This document shows positions 27,642 through 32,000 of a DNA stretch of 32,000 bases, one piece after another. The notes beneath the pieces are model-generated. The model did not search any database. It saw nothing but the letters and a program-made list of their open reading frames with translations, and was not told the DNA's origin. The position numbers were made by a program, and so were the translations under genes. This DNA is from an uncultured Lentisphaeria bacterium. Its GTDB lineage: Bacteria; Verrucomicrobiota; Lentisphaeria; JABSQK01; JAJFLO01. The stretch lies in the NCBI GenBank assembly GCA_951812855.1, contig CATOSW010000001.1, positions 30,001-62,000 on the forward strand. The letters run 5' to 3'. Each line of letters starts with the position of its first letter. The first letter of the stretch is position 1.

Positions 27642-27656
27642 CCTGATAGGAGCAAA

Positions 27657-27842
27657 ATGCCCCAAAAAAGAAAATCCGGTAACTATCAGCTTTGCGTCGA
27701 ACTCTATCCCGAATTGTACGACGCGCTTGGGCTAAAGGCCGCGCTACACCGCCGCTCCGTGAGCCAGGAGGTCCGGGTGGCTCTGGCCGATTATTGCCAT
27801 CCTCCCTCCCGTCAACCCGATGCCAGCCAAGAAAAAAGCTAA
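27657..27842 (+). CDS. ribbon-helix-helix (CopG/Arc-like) protein, 61 aa
   Basis: NYQLCVELYPELYDALGLKAALHRRSVSQEVRVALADY fits the strand-helix-helix pattern. In particular, RSVSQEVRxAL is typical of the RHH second helix. Confidence 0.6.
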   Translation: MPQKRKSGNYQLCVELYPELYDALGLKAALHRRSVSQEVRVALADYCHPPSRQPDASQEKS

Positions 27843-28030
27843 GGCCAAGGCTCGGGGGCGCCCCCGTAAGCTCGATCCGCTCGCGAAGATTCCAGAAGAA
27901 ATCCAGGCGTGTGTGCTCTCGGACATCTCTTCCGACAAGCGGCTCCGTCTTGGGGGCGGCTATCCCAGACGGGGACGTCCAGAGCCATCCGCTCGCCTTC
28001 GCGACCAAGGCCATGGTCCAGCCGTCGCGG
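27820..28030 (+). CDS. possible truncated AT-hook protein (only the first ~40 codons look genuine)
   Basis: Begins MPAKKKAKAKARGRPRKLDPLAKIPEEIQACVL, which contains a canonical RGRP AT-hook. It overlaps the RHH gene end by 23 nt. Beyond ~27950 the frame is low-quality, and from ~28030 it is antisense to the inverted terL/terS remnant. Confidence 0.25.
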
Positions 28031-28719
28031 AGCCAAGGCGACACCGCCGACTTGAACCGGCTGCAATATGGCGAGTCGCGCATATTGCAGCGTTTGATTC
28101 AGTCAACATGAGAATGGCGTCACAATGCGAGGTTTGGAGAGCGCGGGCGCAGGAAGCAAAAGAAGGAAGACTAGCCCTCTTCTTCGATCCATTCGAGGCT
28201 GTCAGCGGCCTCGTTGATTCGCGTCCGGATCAGATCGTTGAGTTCAGCCTTGAGCGAGGGGTCGAGACGGTCTAAGAGTTCGGCGGGGATCTTCAAAAGC
28301 CGATCCCGCAAAGCGGTAATGACGCCACGCCGCCCTCGTGGATGACCGACCGCGGCAGATAATCGCGCCGCTTGACCGCCAGTTCGAACTCGAGTTTCTC
28401 ACACTCCCTGGAGGAGCTTGCGCTCTTGTAGGTCCGTCTCTTCGTGGGTTTTGGCCGGGGAGCGCCGCTTGTGGTGAACCGCTCGACAGGCCGCCCATAC
28501 CGTTTTCGCGGGGTAGTGTCAGGCCCCTTTGGCCCCACGAGACAAAGGGGCAACGCCATTGCGCTTCAGGCGTCCGTGGATGGTTTTGATGGGCAATCCC
28601 AGAGCTTCAGCCAGCTGGTTCACGGTCACCGATTGTGGTCTCTTCATCCCCAGTGGGATAGGACAACGAAGCGCACTCTCAAACAAAATCGTAGGAGTGG
28701 AACGCTCAGAATGGAACAT
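28030..28719 (-). pseudogene. decayed second copy of terS plus 5' fragment of terL
   Basis: MFHSERSTPTILFESALRCPIPLGMKRPQSVTVNQLAEALGLPIKTIHGRLKRNGVAPLSRGAKGA* matches the first 66 aa of the 20009 terS, but TGC has become TGA at 28519-28521. ECEKLEFELAVK is in a second frame and VITALRDRLLKIPAELLDRLDPSLKAELNDLIRTRINEA...EEEG* (stop at 28171-28173) is in a third. RDSPYCSRFKSAVSPWL matches TerL RDSPYGNRFKSVVSPWL, after which clear similarity fades. Confidence 0.85.
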
Positions 28720-28960
28720 TGGGCGAACCGGTTTTTTCGAGAAAACCCCAGCAAAAACGGCGTTTTTGACGGTTCAGGTTCTTAGAATGGAAGTCTTAAA
28801 AAAGCGGATTTCCACCTGGATTCTTCAAAATCCCCAGTAAAAACGCTGTTTTTGGCGCGTTAGGTTCTTAGCTTCTCCTTAAATTTTTACCCCTCGCGCT
28901 TTGAAATCGATCGGTGCTGGCGCGGAACCTGACCCGGGGGATGGCGATAAAAGATTCCTT
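28030..28960 (-). repeat. right arm of long diverged inverted repeat
   Basis: This is the reverse-complement partner of 19855-20702. It is ~85 bp longer, mainly because a 40-bp hairpin-bearing unit is duplicated (28746-28785 and 28832-28871). Confidence 0.85.
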
Positions 28961-29297
28961 ATTCCCTAGGCTCCTGACCCTCGCTCAGATCCGGTCGGGA
29001 GTCTTTCAAGGTGGGCATCGCCTCCAGCCACTCTCGCACCTTGCTAATGACGGGGTCTTTCAGGGGGCGAGCCTTGATGATACGAGCCACAGTGCTGGAG
29101 GCGACACCCACCTTGAAAGCGAATTCACGTTGCGAAAGGCCCAGTGTCTCCAGGGCTTCCTCAACTTGACGTCCCAATTGAATTCGTTCATCCCTGCGCA
29201 TAGCTTGCTTTCGGTTGTTTGGCTTTCTGACTTCGTGGTCCCGCCAGCTTTGTGACCTTGATCTCGGAGGCGGGTCAAGCGCAATAGGGTTTCGCAA
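28959..29297 (-). CDS. XRE-family HTH transcriptional regulator (112 aa; 80 aa if started at ATG 29201)
   Basis: Classic Cro/cI-type HTH (LGLSQREFAFKVGVASSTVARIIKARP). Its stop codon coincides with the outer edge of the right inverted-repeat arm. It is divergent from the ParB-like gene. Confidence 0.75.
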   Translation of the reverse strand: MRNPIALDPPPRSRSQSWRDHEVRKPNNRKQAMRRDERIQLGRQVEEALETLGLSQREFAFKVGVASSTVARIIKARPLKDPVISKVREWLEAMPTLKDSRPDLSEGQEPRE

Positions 29298-29400
29298 TCC
29301 GACAGCGTCTCTTCATCCCGAAAAGCCTTTTCAGCCTTCTGTGCTATCGTTAGTTTTCCCTGCGTAACCCACGCACTCAAACGAGAACCGACGCTCCATC

Positions 29401-30282
29401 ATGGCAAGGAAGAGGCCCGAAGACGAGTTTCCCTTTAACGAGATCGTTCGAGTCTCTTTGAGCGAAATCTCCCCGGAAAGCAGCATCAACGTTCGGCGAA
29501 CCGGAATCGAAGAAAACGTCGAACTGGTCAAATCATCGATTCAGGCCCATGGCTACTGGCCGGATGCTCCCGTGGCGCTACGGCCCCATCCCGACCCGCA
29601 GTCAGCCTATGCCTATGAAAGCGTGACCGGTCAGTGCCGGATGAAGGCTTCGTTTGCGCTGAACCTCAAGGAAATTCCGGCCATCATCGTCGATTTGGAC
29701 GACGACGCGGCCCTGAAACGCTCGTTCATGGAGAACTCCAAGCGTGGGGCCTTATCCTTTCCCGACTGTACTTACTGGGTGGAAAGAAAATACAACGAAC
29801 TCATGACACAGGGAATGACGAGTCAGGAGGCGTTTGAGCAAACCGCGGCCTTTTGGGATCTCACGGTGCCAAAGGCTGAGCAATACTTCACCCTGCACGC
29901 ACTGCCATCCGAACTCAAAGAGATGGTGGAGCGTAAGGAATTACCGCAGAACGCCGCCCTGGCCATCGTGGAGAGTTGTCGTAACCAGTTCGACCTCAAG
30001 CAAGGCGAAGAGGCCATGAAAGAACGGGCCGAATGGTTCTGCGCCCAGGACCGGGAGCAGCGAAAACTGGCCCGCAAGGCAATGCGCGCGAGCGGACACA
30101 ACGCGAGTCCGGAGGACGTGAGCCGCAAATTCGAGGAGCTGACCAGCCGGGACCATAGCACCATCCCCGTCACCCTCCCCGCCGAATCCCAGGAAAAGCT
30201 GATCCAATACGGGCAGGATCGGGGCATCTACGAACCGGCGGCCATTATCAGTAACATCGTGGCCCAAACCCTAAGGGATTGA
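29401..30282 (+). CDS. ParB/Spo0J-like N-terminal-domain protein, 293 aa
   Basis: ParB-type N-terminal domain pattern: VSLSEISPESSINVRR...VELVKSSIQAHGYWPDAPVAL..YESVTGQCRMKAS..LKEIPAIIVDLDDDAALKRSFMENSKRGALS. The C-terminus (IPVTLPAESQEKLIQYGQDRGIYEPAAIISNIVAQTL) looks RHH-like. Confidence 0.75.
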   Translation: MARKRPEDEFPFNEIVRVSLSEISPESSINVRRTGIEENVELVKSSIQAHGYWPDAPVALRPHPDPQSAYAYESVTGQCRMKASFALNLKEIPAIIVDLDDDAALKRSFMENSKRGALSFPDCTYWVERKYNELMTQGMTSQEAFEQTAAFWDLTVPKAEQYFTLHALPSELKEMVERKELPQNAALAIVESCRNQFDLKQGEEAMKERAEWFCAQDREQRKLARKAMRASGHNASPEDVSRKFEELTSRDHSTIPVTLPAESQEKLIQYGQDRGIYEPAAIISNIVAQTLRD

Positions 30283-31025
30283 TCTCCCCCCTCTTGCTCG
30301 TGACAGAAACCCAGGCACGGGCCGTTCTGGGCGATGTGACCGGTCATAACCCAACCGTGGTCCTCGAAGCCCTCGCCTGCCAGCCGCCTTGCGACACGTT
30401 TGAGGAACTACTCAAGCTCCTGGGCCAGGAGCGGGCAGACTTGAAAAGCGCCCACGGGAAAAAACTGCGCCGATGCCACCGTCTGACCCGTTTACCCAAA
30501 GGGATCCAGTGGAAGCTGATTCAAGGACAGATCCCGGTGGCGCAGGGCGAGTGCATCAGCCGCCTTCCCAGTGAAACCGACCAGTATGTCCTGGCGCTGG
30601 CCATCGTCAGCAGCCGCGAAAAACTGACCCTAGCTGAATGTAAAAAGATTGTTGGGCTGGTTCTCCAAAAGCCCAACGGGAACGATCATCCTCTCACCAT
30701 CCGGGAAGCCCTCGAACGGGTGGCCAGCGTTCGCTTCGACAAGCGGCCTTACATGATGGATATCCTCAGTGTCCAAGAGTGGCTTGAGGTGACTCGGGAG
30801 GCGTGGACCCGCCACTTGGAGTGGGAAAGCTTCTGCCACCTCCTGATCACGAGGAAAGCGAGCCTTCTCTCCGACATTGAGGCGGCCGAAACCCGTCTGT
30901 CCAATCTCGGGAGCGGTTTTGAATCGTTAAGAACGAAGATTCAATCCGACATCAAAGACGTTGAAAGGCAGTTGTGCGCCATGGCGAAGGATTTGCGAAA
31001 ACTCTCCGAAACGTCCGGAGACTGA
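30279..31025 (+). CDS. hypothetical protein with ParB-HTH-like middle region, 248 aa, TTG start (uncertain)
   Basis: Overlaps the ParB-like gene stop by 4 nt. LTRLPKGIQWKLIQGQIPVAQGECISRLPSETDQYVLALAIVSSREKLTLAECKKIV resembles the HTH/middle region of ParB proteins. The C-terminus is a coiled coil. Confidence 0.55.
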   Translation: MISPLLLVTETQARAVLGDVTGHNPTVVLEALACQPPCDTFEELLKLLGQERADLKSAHGKKLRRCHRLTRLPKGIQWKLIQGQIPVAQGECISRLPSETDQYVLALAIVSSREKLTLAECKKIVGLVLQKPNGNDHPLTIREALERVASVRFDKRPYMMDILSVQEWLEVTREAWTRHLEWESFCHLLITRKASLLSDIEAAETRLSNLGSGFESLRTKIQSDIKDVERQLCAMAKDLRKLSETSGD

Positions 31026-31560
31026 TCCGCTCCAACGGGTTTCCTTTCCCTCGCTCGGCCAATATCTCCTCTGGTATTCGTAGCCCTTTGGCTTATGCGC
31101 CAAAAAAACCGAGGTCTCCGATAAACCCTGATAGAGAAAAATAACACGCTTGTAAATGGCCGCTCCAATCCAGGGCCCGGCCGACCCCTGGTTGGGGCGG
31201 GCGGTGCCGGGAGTCGGTTTTTAAAACAGGGAGCGTAATCGGCAGGCATCCAACTAAAAACGCTTTCCTAAGAATCATGGAATGACAGGGAATCCAGCCA
31301 CTTCGATAGGCCAAACGTGAATCCCTATTTTCCAGTGGCTTCGATCTAATCGCTGGATTCGCATGAGAGATCATCCTCTGCCGCTCCCATTTCCATCATC
31401 CCTTCGGTTCAGGCCAACAGTCTCCCCAATCATTCGCCTAAGCTTTCGGGCATTCCCTCGCGGTTTGACCACTCGGACAGCGCTAGCGACAACGGCTCTG
31501 CACGGCGTTGACCACCCATCACCTAAAAGGTAACCTGTTCCCGTGCAAAAATATTTGCAG

Positions 31561-32000
31561 ATGGTTCTCCTCGCATCGCTTAGCGCGACGCCCTTGCTAT
31601 CGGCACAAACACAAGAGGGAACGCCGCCAACTGGACCAGAACCAACGCCTCCGCCGATCGAAGTTTCGGAAGAACCACCCGCTGTGCCTGAGTCGACTGA
31701 ACCCGAAGTGCCCAGTGTTCCAACACGATCGGCCGAAACACACCCTCCCAGTGACTCCGGAGTCTCAACTGCTTCAACATCCCATGACGAGACAACGATG
31801 GCAGCGGCGGTTCCACCCGCTATCCCCCCGGCGATGGCTCCTGTGGCATCAAATCCTTGGATTAAATGGGGGTCCATTGCCTACCGCGTTCTGGATGGAG
31901 GGGGACCCCTGATTACTTATGTCCAACTCTTGAACGAGATCAACCGGCCAGCCGACACGTCCTCCAGACTGCAAGCCGCTCCGTCACTGACAACATTTGA
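31561..32000 (+). CDS. partial (3'-open) secreted Pro-rich protein; not in the supplied ORF track
   Basis: Frame 1 is open from the TAA at 31531-31533 to the window end. From ATG 31561 it reads MVLLASLSATPLLSAQTQEGTPPTGPEPTPPPIEVSEEPPAVPESTEPEVPSVP...WIKWGSIAYRVLDGGGPLITYVQLLNEINR. That is a signal-like N-terminus, a Pro/Glu/Thr linker, then a globular part. GTG 31543 is an alternative start. It competes with the antisense Gly-rich ORF 31371-31877. Confidence 0.45.
   Translation, partial: MVLLASLSATPLLSAQTQEGTPPTGPEPTPPPIEVSEEPPAVPESTEPEVPSVPTRSAETHPPSDSGVSTASTSHDETTMAAAVPPAIPPAMAPVASNPWIKWGSIAYRVLDGGGPLITYVQLLNEINRPADTSSRLQAAPSLTTF

Noticed and set aside
27592-28083. 163-aa minus-strand ORF as a longer terL' fragment
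   Set aside because: Only the first ~18 codons (RDSPYCSRFKSAVSPWL) resemble TerL convincingly. A possible weak continuation (WTMALVAKASG vs WIMASAQGGKT) follows a deletion, and the remainder is antisense to the well-formed RHH gene.
31371-31877. 168-aa Gly-rich minus-strand ORF
   Set aside because: It is probably the shadow of the Pro-rich plus-strand ORF 31561-32000, which has a signal-like N-terminus. It is kept as an open question in the findings.

Overview
This 32-kb window is an accessory region with many IS elements. It falls into three blocks. (1) 1-7.3 kb holds a decayed IS21 istA fragment, then two diverged and divergently oriented copies of an uncharacterised two-gene cassette. Each cassette pairs a signal-peptide, aromatic-rich protein with a ~330-aa N-terminally membrane-anchored protein. 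The copies are separated by a small RHH/AT-hook gene and a decayed ISKra4-like IS that still has 22-bp terminal inverted repeats. (2) 7.6-19.6 kb holds an IS1380-family transposase remnant split by an intact IS21-family element (istA-istB, TG..CA ends, 5-bp GCCAC target duplication). That IS ends 140 bp upstream of a complete, canonical type I-C CRISPR-Cas locus: cas3-cas5c-cas8c-cas7c-cas4-cas1-cas2 plus 7 identical 32-bp repeats and 6 spacers. (3) 19.9-31 kb holds a degraded mobile element that starts about 255 bp after the array. It carries terS, a frameshifted GpA-type terL, a small serine recombinase, a Zn-ribbon ORF, SSB, a double winged-helix Rep-like protein with iteron-like repeats, and an RHH protein. 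It then carries an inverted, pseudogenised second copy of terS plus the 5' end of terL, an XRE regulator and a ParB-like pair. The three most interesting items are the ~0.9-kb inverted repeats bracketing the recombinase/replicon segment, the plasmid-like replicon module, and the duplicated unknown cassette next to the CRISPR-Cas locus. I found no rRNA or tRNA. All homology statements come from by-eye motif recognition and in-window comparison. No database search or computed alignment was possible.
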